Below, in pieces: positions 57,501 to 64,000 of a stretch of 64,000 bases of DNA. A program made the position numbers and the translations under genes. The notes under the pieces are model-generated. The model saw nothing but the letters and a program-made list of their open reading frames with translations. It was not told where the DNA came from and ran no database searches. The stretch lies in assembly GCA_023438785.1 (NCBI GenBank), contig JAEXQJ010000259.1, positions 4,816 through 68,815 on the forward strand, written 5' to 3'. Positions within the stretch are counted from its first letter, which is position 1. Each line of letters starts with the position of its first letter. Source of the stretch: Pseudomonadota bacterium. GTDB lineage: Bacteria; Myxococcota_A; Polyangia; Fen-1088.

Positions 57501-57921
57501 GAGCTCGGGCAAGGCCCCGCGTGGCCGCATCTCCATCAGCGCGCGGGAGCGCGACGGGTGGATCGACTTGACGGTCGAGGACGACGGCCGCGGTGTGGAC
57601 ACGGCTCGCGTGAAGCAAGTCGCTCTCAAACGCGGTCTCATCACGGCTGAGCAGGCGGCGGCGTTGTCCACTGAGGAAGCCCACGAGCTCCTTTTCCTGC
57701 CCGGATTCTCGACCGCGGCCACCGTGTCTTCCGTGTCCGGCCGGGGCGTGGGCATGGATGCCATCCGGGCCATCGCCCGCGATCTGGGCGGCGACGCCAG
57801 ACTGGCCTCCGCGCCAGGGCGGGGCAGTCGGCTCACCATGCACTTCCCCGTCCGGTTCGCGGCGGAGTCGGTCAGACCCGGCAAGGTCGCGCTGGGCAGC
57901 AGCGCACATTTGCCGAACTGA
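54535..57921 (+). CDS. Membrane-bound CheA-class histidine kinase: TM, periplasmic domain (about 140 aa), TM, HAMP, PAS, Hpt, CheA-type ATP-binding core; no CheW-like P5 domain
   Basis: GTG start with GAGGG upstream. HAMP (EQGDLHARADVKSSDEVGNLALVFNSM), Hpt His (RGMHTLKGNARMF), CheA N-box (VMHAVRNAVDHGLE) and G2 box (SGRGVGMDAI) are present. The protein ends right after the HATPase domain. Confidence 0.85.
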   Translation: MPKQERRRRFLSVGTKLAVATVAVMATASFLLFRELTERERRRLVDAKAVAGSMVTELFAASCAAPLVFADDDAVAVELEKLRSNGAIVYAAVYSSKEDKTVRELNPEKRPSYDFKHGKTASRLLEYADRIELVKDIRDTRGKVVGFAALNFSLADENAAFRVSRRRLLWFAFLIAGGTAGLLIMLTRRVIVAPLARVTEAARRLEQGDLHARADVKSSDEVGNLALVFNSMGDAIVDREQKLVQARKNLQDLFDNMLQAIFTVGPDGRIDAEVSAYAKQIFGDVPIAGQSVVEFLRLESMAEKEVVSRMKFWLQHIFGADDFQWELSEPERIRGLNYTRTNADGVADERVLELDYAPLYKDGEIVKIMFLVKDVTEVHRLQAEIARREEQNKENLARIRQIAAMEPDLFNTFIAEAKIVLDGCEEALADLEEPSRRQAAVNSLFRGMHTLKGNARMFKLTAVQDIAHATEDYFQRVRDGEVGLGPEIGLAMHERIADVRKLLGEFEKLGRQVLGGEQESPGEAALSFLRAQERPFDDGQSDLASLGDPDGDKPARARLVARATQLRAEAQGHGFVNVTAAFDSVLQVLGRAETTALDLVPCLHEVNQALQLTRSLSAEVATAELWPYFRDEARATLRALAAKLSAGGDRAREALDVFLLAAGARSFGLATLANVASDYHRAMTEDGVDGRTVLNALESWVVDGHNLVEMRSKPEADVDVLGRFHGEAEDLVERLNGASASQVPLLLLAAIACARRYRFRVAQAVLESLAQTGPKDGGVVAEALRREVLAYEAIRREMRDNEAAEHLLLVPPGEDDERELANWWEAAGQAGLNTLLARARSLAEPARRHLLDDVRHFRVLMPAMRGAKTGQPIQRVLEGRIAALRDALRGLRQAVAHVREDRQAILPPLNDLEKAVVHLTTSSLGDVLAPVASTAADLARERGKPLEEVSLENLDFFLEARAMQKVRGAVMHAVRNAVDHGLETADARVSSGKAPRGRISISARERDGWIDLTVEDDGRGVDTARVKQVALKRGLITAEQAAALSTEEAHELLFLPGFSTAATVSSVSGRGVGMDAIRAIARDLGGDARLASAPGRGSRLTMHFPVRFAAESVRPGKVALGSSAHLPN

Positions 57922-57968
57922 TCCCGATCCGCTGCGGGTCACGGAGGCGCCGGCGCGAGCGGGCCGGC

Positions 57969-59018
57969 CTACCAGCCGGCGTCGAGGAGCAGCGAACCTG
58001 CGCCGAAGGGATAGCCCCACGTCGCGGCCTCGTTGCCGGCGAAGCGGACGACCAAGCGGCCGAACGATGCTCCTGCGGCGAGCCGCAGCGTAAGTCTCAG
58101 CCAGCGCGTGAAGGCCAGACCCGTATCGAAACGGGCGTATCCGATCCCCATGGTGGTCGAGTCAGGAAATGCGGTCACCAGGGGCGGGGTGGCTTTGCCC
58201 TCGACACCGATATGCAGAATCCCGCCGCCCAGTCCGGCCGTGAGCGAGAGCCGCGATTCCGGCGCGCCCCAGCGTCGCAGCAGAACCAGGGCCGCCAGGG
58301 AGGGTCTCAGGCTCGCCGAGCCCTCGGGCCCGGAGGGCTTCATGCCCCGGATGGGGGCAGCCAGATCCAGGGCCACGCCCATGCGATGTCCCACCATTTG
58401 CAGTGACAGCCACATTTCCAGCGCGGCGCCCGCGCCTCCCGGGCTGGCGAGGAATCCCGCCCCGGTCTGCACACGCGCGCACCACGTACACGGCTCGCCC
58501 CTGGAACCGATCAGTTCGGGCGGCAGCGCAGGTTGCGGCGCGGCGGAGGGCGCCGAGGATGCGGCCGGGTGTGGGTCGACGAGCAGGCTGGTGCGCAGCA
58601 ACTCGACGAGCTGCATGGCCACCAGGTTCTCGTCAGGACCCTCGGGGCTCTCGTCGACGATGAGTTGGCGCAACAGCGAGCGCCCCGAGGTCTCGTCGGC
58701 CATCCAGATCTCCACCCCGCGTCGGGACGGAACCAGCCGAATCGCCGCCGCGGCACGCTGCTCGCGCGCTGCCGTCTCCATCTGCTCAGGGCGTTCGGGC
58801 TCTCGCCAGGCTTGCAGGACGACGATCTTGAGTCCCATGCCCTCAATCTCGGCGCGCAGCCGATCGGCGAAGGGATCAGCCGCGCGGTCGAGGATGAACA
58901 GCACCTGCTTGGCCGGTCGCGCGTCGCCCTCTGCGGCAGCGCTGTCCGCCGGGCGGCCCGCCAGCAGGAACTGCGCTGCCAGGAGTCCGGCAAAGGCGGC
59001 CAGGACGCGACGGGGCAT
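57969..59018 (-). CDS. Secreted two-domain protein, likely small outer-membrane beta-barrel (C-terminal Trp)
   Basis: Signal peptide MPRRVLAAFAGLLAAQFLLAG. The C-terminal 170 aa show an alternating hydrophobic beta pattern ending ...LLLDAGW. Its start overlaps the anti-sigma stop (TGATG). Confidence 0.55.
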   Translation of the reverse strand: MPRRVLAAFAGLLAAQFLLAGRPADSAAAEGDARPAKQVLFILDRAADPFADRLRAEIEGMGLKIVVLQAWREPERPEQMETAAREQRAAAAIRLVPSRRGVEIWMADETSGRSLLRQLIVDESPEGPDENLVAMQLVELLRTSLLVDPHPAASSAPSAAPQPALPPELIGSRGEPCTWCARVQTGAGFLASPGGAGAALEMWLSLQMVGHRMGVALDLAAPIRGMKPSGPEGSASLRPSLAALVLLRRWGAPESRLSLTAGLGGGILHIGVEGKATPPLVTAFPDSTTMGIGYARFDTGLAFTRWLRLTLRLAAGASFGRLVVRFAGNEAATWGYPFGAGSLLLDAGW

Positions 59019-60259
59019 CAGTCTTCAGTGAGGATCGAGCGCGCTTCGCGGGCGTACGGACCTTCCGGGAAACGGCGCAGGTAGCGCTCGGCGTCCGCGC
59101 GCGCACCTCGCCTGTCGCCGGCGTAGCGACGGGATTCCATCAGTCGCCCCACTGCATCTCCCATGAGGGCTCCGCTTGGCTGCTCATCGAGGTAGGTAGA
59201 AAACCAACGTACAGCCTCATCATACCCGCCGCGCCTTTCGAAGGCGATACGGCCCAGCGCGAAGGCGGCATTGGAGGCGTCCGCCGTGTGGGCAAAACGC
59301 GAGCGCAGGACGCGCAAAGCGGTGGTCGCCCTTTGGGTGCGGCCCGAGAGCCGGGCGGCGTCGGAGATCTGGAGCAATTCCCTCGGGCTCGCGGCCTGGC
59401 ACACCCGATCGAACCCCGCGCTTTCGGCGGCGCGCAAGCCCTCATTCAGGCGGCCACTGCCCAGCAGGGCGCGCCAGTTGGCCGCCGACCCGGCTTCACG
59501 GCCGAGGCGCGCCGGCTCTCCCACGCTCGGGGCCTCCCCGGGCTGTGCCGGGGCAACCGGGAGCACGCTGGCTTGAGGCTGGGGGATGGCAGTGGGGGAC
59601 TCGGGACAGGACATCTGCAAGGCCTGACCGGCGGCCAGACTGCGCGGCTCCGGCATGCAGCGGCCAGACACCACGACCGAGCCCTCGCGCATCGATACGG
59701 AGAGCGTCTGGGTAGAGGCATTCCAGCCCGCGCGGAACTTCGTGCCGGTGACGAGGACCTGGAAGGGCCCCAATTCGAACTGCCAGTTGGTCCTGCGGAC
59801 CTTGCGATGCACGATGGCGACGTCCACGGAGCCTGATTCGACCAGAACCCGCGCACCGCTGGCCTGCGCGGCGAGCACGCGCATGCGGCTACCCTCGCGC
59901 AATACGATCGAACTGCCCTCCGAGAAGTTGAGGGCCAGCGGGGCATCGCTCATCGCTTCGATGACGTCGCCGGTGCGCCCCGCCGTGGCCGCCCCGCCCA
60001 CCTGGAAGGTCACCGGCGCGCGCAGGATCAGGGCGAGCGCACCCACGCCCAGGGCCACACCCAAGCCCGGCAGGAGCCAACCGAGCCTCAATGACCTGAG
60101 GAAGCGGGGCCGCTCCATTCGCTTTTCATTGCGGAGCGCGACCTGCTCCAGGAGCCGGCGGCGAGCCGTGCGTATCTGCTCGTTCCCGTCGAGTTCCATC
60201 GACAGCGCGTCGCGGATGGTCCTCCCGACGTCGGTTAACTGTTCTTGAGAAGGCTCCAT
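59018..60259 (-). CDS. Anti-sigma factor (FecR-domain, single TM, C-terminal TPR-like)
   Basis: N-terminal cytoplasmic anti-sigma region, a TM segment (LGWLLPGLGVALGVGALALIL) and a FecR-like beta domain (LNFSEGSSIVLREGSRMRV...VLVESGSVDVAIV). Confidence 0.75.
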   Translation of the reverse strand: MEPSQEQLTDVGRTIRDALSMELDGNEQIRTARRRLLEQVALRNEKRMERPRFLRSLRLGWLLPGLGVALGVGALALILRAPVTFQVGGAATAGRTGDVIEAMSDAPLALNFSEGSSIVLREGSRMRVLAAQASGARVLVESGSVDVAIVHRKVRRTNWQFELGPFQVLVTGTKFRAGWNASTQTLSVSMREGSVVVSGRCMPEPRSLAAGQALQMSCPESPTAIPQPQASVLPVAPAQPGEAPSVGEPARLGREAGSAANWRALLGSGRLNEGLRAAESAGFDRVCQAASPRELLQISDAARLSGRTQRATTALRVLRSRFAHTADASNAAFALGRIAFERRGGYDEAVRWFSTYLDEQPSGALMGDAVGRLMESRRYAGDRRGARADAERYLRRFPEGPYAREARSILTED

Positions 60260-60840
60260 CGCGATCCCTCCTTAAGCCATGTCGCAAGAGCCGGGCGAGC
60301 CTGGGCCCCGGCAATAAACTGCTTTTCTGCTCTAGATAGCCGCCGCTTCAGGGTGGCCAACGAAACGCCACTGGCCTCTGCCGCGTCGGGTAGTGTCATG
60401 CCCTCGATATAGCGGAGGGCAAAAGCCATTCGGTCGTTCACCGGGATCTGGTCCATGAGGCGGTACACCTCGCGGAGCGCGTTGCGCGCATCCAGACACG
60501 GCGGATCCTGCTGCGTGTTCGGTGTAGGTGAGCGCAGGCCGAGCCAGTTGCGACGCGTGCGGCGACGAATGTGAGAGCGCGCTGTGAAAATGGCAATGCT
60601 CGTCAGCCAGCCGCGCAGGCGGTCCGATTCCTTCAGTCCCCTGATGCCGTCGATGGCACGAATGAAGACTTCCTGGAGGAGGTCCGGGACATCCGCGTCC
60701 GCTCCCATCATCGACTGCAGCGTCCGGAGCACATGCGGCGCGTAGCGATCGTAGAACGCCGCCACCGCGCCCGGATGGCCGTCCGGCAGCGCGCGAATCA
60801 TCGCGTGGTCATCCCCAAGAAATGTCAAAGGCGTGACCAT
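60235..60840 (-). CDS. ECF-subfamily sigma-70 factor
   Basis: Region 2 (AFYDRYAPHVLR...LQEVFIRA) and region 4 HTH (LRYIEGMTLPDAAEASGVSLATLKRRLSRA). It overlaps the anti-sigma start by 25 nt. Start ATG 60840 or 60801. Confidence 0.8.
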   Translation of the reverse strand: MVTPLTFLGDDHAMIRALPDGHPGAVAAFYDRYAPHVLRTLQSMMGADADVPDLLQEVFIRAIDGIRGLKESDRLRGWLTSIAIFTARSHIRRRTRRNWLGLRSPTPNTQQDPPCLDARNALREVYRLMDQIPVNDRMAFALRYIEGMTLPDAAEASGVSLATLKRRLSRAEKQFIAGAQARPALATWLKEGSRWSLLKNS

Positions 60841-60925
60841 TGTCTTCGAGAAGGTGTCCTTCTCGTCACGAAATCGGCTCATGACGAGGCGCACCTGAGG
60901 CGCGCGCCGGCCTACCCTGACGCGT

Positions 60926-62119
60926 TTAGTTGTGCGTGCCGACGTCGCTGTCGCCCAGCGCGTCCAGGGCGTCCACCGGAATCTGGCCCATGTACACCTT
61001 CCCGTTGATGAGGAAGCTGGGCGTTCCCTCGAGCTTAAGGCCGATGCCTTGCTGCACGTCGCGCTCCAGGGTCTCCTTGCCCTCCCCCGCCATGCAGCGG
61101 GTGAGCTGCTCGGGCTGCAGGCCCAGGTCGCGCGCCACGTCCCGGTCGGACTTGGACGCGAGGCCGTGCGTCTCTTCGAACAGGTAATCGTTGGCTTCCC
61201 AGAATCGGCCCACGCGGCCGGCGCACTCGGCGATGAGCGCGGCCCGGCAGGCGTTGTGGTGGAACGGCTGCTTGATGTCGGGGTTGCAGGCTTGGTCGAG
61301 CGGGAAGTGGCGGTGGACGACGCGCAGCTTGCTGGGGAAGGCACGGACCTTGTTGCGGAGCTGGTGATGGGCCTGTTTGCAGTAGGGGCACTCGTAGTCC
61401 GAGTACTCGTAGATGGTGAGCACGGGGTGCTCGGCCCCGATCCAGTGGCCCTCGGCAGACTCGCCGTGCGGAAGGTCGATGGGGGCCGCGGGCGCCCGTT
61501 TGCTCTCGCGCCAATAGGCGGGGAAGCCCAGGGCTACACCCAGCAGGCTGACCAGCGCCCCGCCCACCACAACCGACGAGAAAACCGGACGCTCACGCAG
61601 GGTGTGCAGGGGGGCGGCCATGGCCTTGCCGAACCCCACGCGAACGGATTGCCTCAGCGCCACCCCCACCAGCAATGCATTCACGCCATAGGTTGCCATG
61701 CACAAGACGCATATCGAGCCCACGCCCAGGGCGGAGACGATGGCCAGGCCCACGCTGGTCAGGAGATACAGGGACGTGAGGAGCACGGCCAAACCCGATG
61801 GCAGTTCGGGCTGGCGCCGCGCACGCAGGCCCCACAGGGCCAGAACCGACGAAAACAGGTAACCGAGGATGCCCCAGGCTGCTAGCGGCGCGCCGGCGAT
61901 CACGGCGTGGGAGCTGCGCGCGACGGTGTCGCAGTTCAGGGTCTCGCCTTGCGCGCAGAAGCTGTGGAAGGCGGGCTCCGTGTGCACCTTGAAATGGATG
62001 CGCAGGAGGGCCACCGAAATCGCGAGCCCGACGAGCGAGATGGCCAACAGAGCCCACCACAGCGCTGGGCGCGCGCTGCGCTGAGCACGGTCGGGGGCGG
62101 CTGTGTCTTGCTGGGTCAT
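60926..62119 (-). CDS. VKOR-domain / DsbA-like thioredoxin fusion protein
   Basis: VKOR Cys pairs (FCAQGETLNC and CVLC) sit in a 5-TM N-terminus. The C-terminal thioredoxin fold carries CPYC. Confidence 0.85.
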   Translation of the reverse strand: MTQQDTAAPDRAQRSARPALWWALLAISLVGLAISVALLRIHFKVHTEPAFHSFCAQGETLNCDTVARSSHAVIAGAPLAAWGILGYLFSSVLALWGLRARRQPELPSGLAVLLTSLYLLTSVGLAIVSALGVGSICVLCMATYGVNALLVGVALRQSVRVGFGKAMAAPLHTLRERPVFSSVVVGGALVSLLGVALGFPAYWRESKRAPAAPIDLPHGESAEGHWIGAEHPVLTIYEYSDYECPYCKQAHHQLRNKVRAFPSKLRVVHRHFPLDQACNPDIKQPFHHNACRAALIAECAGRVGRFWEANDYLFEETHGLASKSDRDVARDLGLQPEQLTRCMAGEGKETLERDVQQGIGLKLEGTPSFLINGKVYMGQIPVDALDALGDSDVGTHN

Positions 62120-62190
62120 CGGCGGCCAGAACCCTTACCACGAACCGGCCTCGACGACCGGGCATTCCGTCCATCCCCCTCGGGAGCGAT

Positions 62191-62724
62191 TTACCCCAGG
62201 CCGTAGCTCTGGACGATCTCATGCGCCGCGCCCGTGCGGCGAAGGGTGCTGCGGTAAAGATGGAACTCACGCACGGACCAGGGCCCGGCCGCGAATTGGC
62301 CATGGTCGGCGAGGAACTGGGCTAGCTCGTCGCGCGGGCGGGTGGTGAAGCGGGCCAGCGTCAGGTGCGGTGAAAACGGCCTCTGGGCGGTCTCTGGATC
62401 AGGGCCGAGGACCGCATCCACCTGCTCCTTGAGTCTGCACAGAGGCTCGACGGGGGCGAGCCCCAGCCACAGCACGCGCGGCAACTTGCGGGGCGGAAAG
62501 ACGCCCACACCGCGCAGCCCCAATTCAAAGGCCGGCGCGTGCACCGCCTCCAGCGCCCGACGGATGCGGTCGAGATCGCTCTCGGGCACGAAACCCAAGA
62601 AACGCAGGGTGACGTGCAACTGCTCGGGTTTGCTCCAGCGCGCACCCGCGATGCCCCGGCACAGGGGCACCACCATGTCGCGCGCCGTTTGGGGCAGATC
62701 CACCGCGACGAACAGCCTCAGCAT
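62191..62724 (-). CDS. thpR: RNA 2',3'-cyclic phosphodiesterase (2H/LigT family)
   Basis: ORF trimmed to ATG at 62724 (MLRLFVAVDLP). Two H-x-T-x motifs (HVTLRF, HLTLAR). Confidence 0.85.
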   Translation of the reverse strand: MLRLFVAVDLPQTARDMVVPLCRGIAGARWSKPEQLHVTLRFLGFVPESDLDRIRRALEAVHAPAFELGLRGVGVFPPRKLPRVLWLGLAPVEPLCRLKEQVDAVLGPDPETAQRPFSPHLTLARFTTRPRDELAQFLADHGQFAAGPWSVREFHLYRSTLRRTGAAHEIVQSYGLG

Positions 62725-62728
62725 GAAT

Positions 62729-63862
62729 TCAGTATGTCGCCGCCGCCGCCAGCCAGTCGGCCACGGCGCGCAGCGAATCGAGGTTGGAGACGTCGCGGGC
62801 CAGGAGCGGCACGCGGGTGATGTTGAGTCCAGGTGCCCGGCTCGCCAAGCGCGCCAGTTCGGTGCGTTGGGCCTGGGCGATGCTGGCCAGATACGCCGCC
62901 AGCTCGCCGATGATCCGCGTCGGCTCTTGCAGGTCCCGTCCTCGCAGGGCGGGCACTCCCGCCAGGCGCGCGGCGATGTCGCCTTCCTGAATGCGCACCG
63001 GCATGTCGAGGACACGGTTCGCGATGAAGCCCGTCAGCGGTGTGCCGGCTTCGCGCAGCCGGCGCGCCAGCTCGATGGCTTCATCGATGGCCGCGACCTC
63101 AGGTGACAGCACGAGCAGGAACGCGACCTCTGGCCGGCGCAAGAGCCGTTCGATTTCCTGCGAGCGCGCCAGGAATGCGCCGAGCACACCCTGCACATCC
63201 AGAAGAAAGTCACCCAGATCGTCGAGGAATTGGCTCCCCACCAGACGTCCCATGCGGCGCATAGCCAAGGCCCCGCCGGCGCGCAGGCTCTGCCACGAGA
63301 AGCGGCCCGCGTGCGGATCGGGGCGGGCGAACCAGCGCAGGGCCGGGCTGCCGATGGCCTCCGCCAAGCGCTGCGGGGCCTGCAGAAAGTCGAGGGCGTG
63401 GGCCGCGGGCGGCGTATCCAGCACGATGATGTCGTGCGCGTGACGCCTTTGCAGCTCGAAGAGAGACAACGTGGCCGCATACTCTTGCGCGCCCGTCAGG
63501 TCGTTGGTCAGGTGGCGGTAGAGATGATTGGAGAGGATGCGTTGGCGCAGGGCCGGGTCGGCCACCTCCTCGACCAATTGGTCGAAGGCGCGCGCCGTGT
63601 CTACCCGTGCAGCCTCCAGTCGCCCCGGACCCTCGATGCCGAGCGCGCGACTGGTCTCCTGCGACACGGGGATCGGCTCGGGACCCAAGCTGTGCAACCC
63701 GAGCGCGTCGGCCAGGCGAGGCGCCGGATCGATGGTGCACACCAGGGTGCGCCGACCCGTGCGTGCCGCCAGCACGCCAAGCGCCGCTGCCGTGGTGGTC
63801 TTGCCGACCCCGCCTGGCCCCACGCAGACCAGGATCTCGCGCCGCCGAACCAGCTCTCTCAC
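62729..63862 (-). CDS. ArsA/GET3-family P-loop ATPase
   Basis: GTG start with GAGGG upstream. P-loop VCVGPGGVGKTTTAAAL and LDTPP switch motif. It lies 4 nt upstream of thpR. Confidence 0.85.
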   Translation of the reverse strand: MRELVRRREILVCVGPGGVGKTTTAAALGVLAARTGRRTLVCTIDPAPRLADALGLHSLGPEPIPVSQETSRALGIEGPGRLEAARVDTARAFDQLVEEVADPALRQRILSNHLYRHLTNDLTGAQEYAATLSLFELQRRHAHDIIVLDTPPAAHALDFLQAPQRLAEAIGSPALRWFARPDPHAGRFSWQSLRAGGALAMRRMGRLVGSQFLDDLGDFLLDVQGVLGAFLARSQEIERLLRRPEVAFLLVLSPEVAAIDEAIELARRLREAGTPLTGFIANRVLDMPVRIQEGDIAARLAGVPALRGRDLQEPTRIIGELAAYLASIAQAQRTELARLASRAPGLNITRVPLLARDVSNLDSLRAVADWLAAAATY

Positions 63863-63863
63863 G

Positions 63864-64000
63864 TCAACGGACCCTCGTGCGCCAGGCCGCGGTGAGAGCG
63901 TCGTGACTCCGCCGTCCTCTCGGGCCCCGCGGGCCGGAGGCGCGGGCGAGGTGAGGCGGGCGGGGAAGAAGTGGGTGACAAATCAGGTCCTGGCCAGAGC
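63864..64000 (-). CDS. 3' end of an upstream minus-strand CDS (partial, unidentified); its stop overlaps the ArsA-like GTG start
   Basis: The reading frame ends ...HDALTAAWRTRVR-TGA with the stop at 63864-63866. There is no start in the window and function is unknown. Confidence 0.3.
   Translation of the reverse strand, partial: SGQDLICHPLLPRPPHLARASGPRGPRGRRSHDALTAAWRTRVR

Noticed and set aside
1-64000. CRISPR arrays, tRNA/rRNA genes, IS elements and integrases
   Set aside because: No regularly spaced direct repeats were found, only codon-level ACC/GGC/ACG low-complexity tracts inside Thr/Gly-rich linkers. No cloverleaf-like conserved tRNA ends were seen in intergenic gaps. No transposase- or integrase-like proteins appear in any frame.

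Overview
The window is a 64 kb chromosomal segment with about 69% GC and a near-saturated GC3 codon signal in real genes. Two encoded proteins end in MYXO-CTERM sorting signals (Cys, then a hydrophobic stretch, then RRR), which points to Myxococcota, and a GH6 cellulase plus a GH1 beta-glucosidase suggest a Sorangium-like cellulolytic lifestyle. I support about 57 protein-coding genes and see no rRNA, tRNA, CRISPR array, integrase or transposase. The six-frame track is heavily contaminated by antisense and out-of-frame ORFs typical of high-GC DNA, so many starts were re-placed using signal peptides, RBS-like purine tracts, conserved N-termini and ATGA/TGATG couplings. Housekeeping genes include purH-purD-purE-tsaC, mtnP-mtnA with a DUF1015/methyltransferase/pgpA group, mazG, phoH-ybeY, tamA-tamB, a divergent ku/ligD non-homologous end-joining (NHEJ) pair, uspA and a VIT iron transporter. 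The most interesting accessory content is a compact Che-like module at 49.3-57.9 kb: a TonB-dependent receptor, a YfiR-like DUF4154 periplasmic protein, a CheX-type phosphatase with an exact D-x3-E-x2-N-x22-P motif, a CheY-like receiver, a divergently encoded orphan periplasmic-binding lipoprotein, and a 1128-aa membrane kinase (periplasmic domain, HAMP, PAS, Hpt, CheA-class catalytic core) with no CheW/P5 domain, MCP or CheW gene nearby. Other candidates are a tandem pair of small Cys-rich MYXO-CTERM proteins with a tiny membrane protein, a VWA plus Cys-rich-repeat lipoprotein operon, a yqjDEK-like membrane stress cluster with three DUF883 paralogs, an NTase-BON-phosphoesterase overlapped operon, an ECF sigma/anti-sigma/beta-barrel cassette and a VKOR-DsbA/ThpR/ArsA-like cluster. 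All functional calls rest on motif recognition by eye without database searches, and ambiguous starts are flagged.
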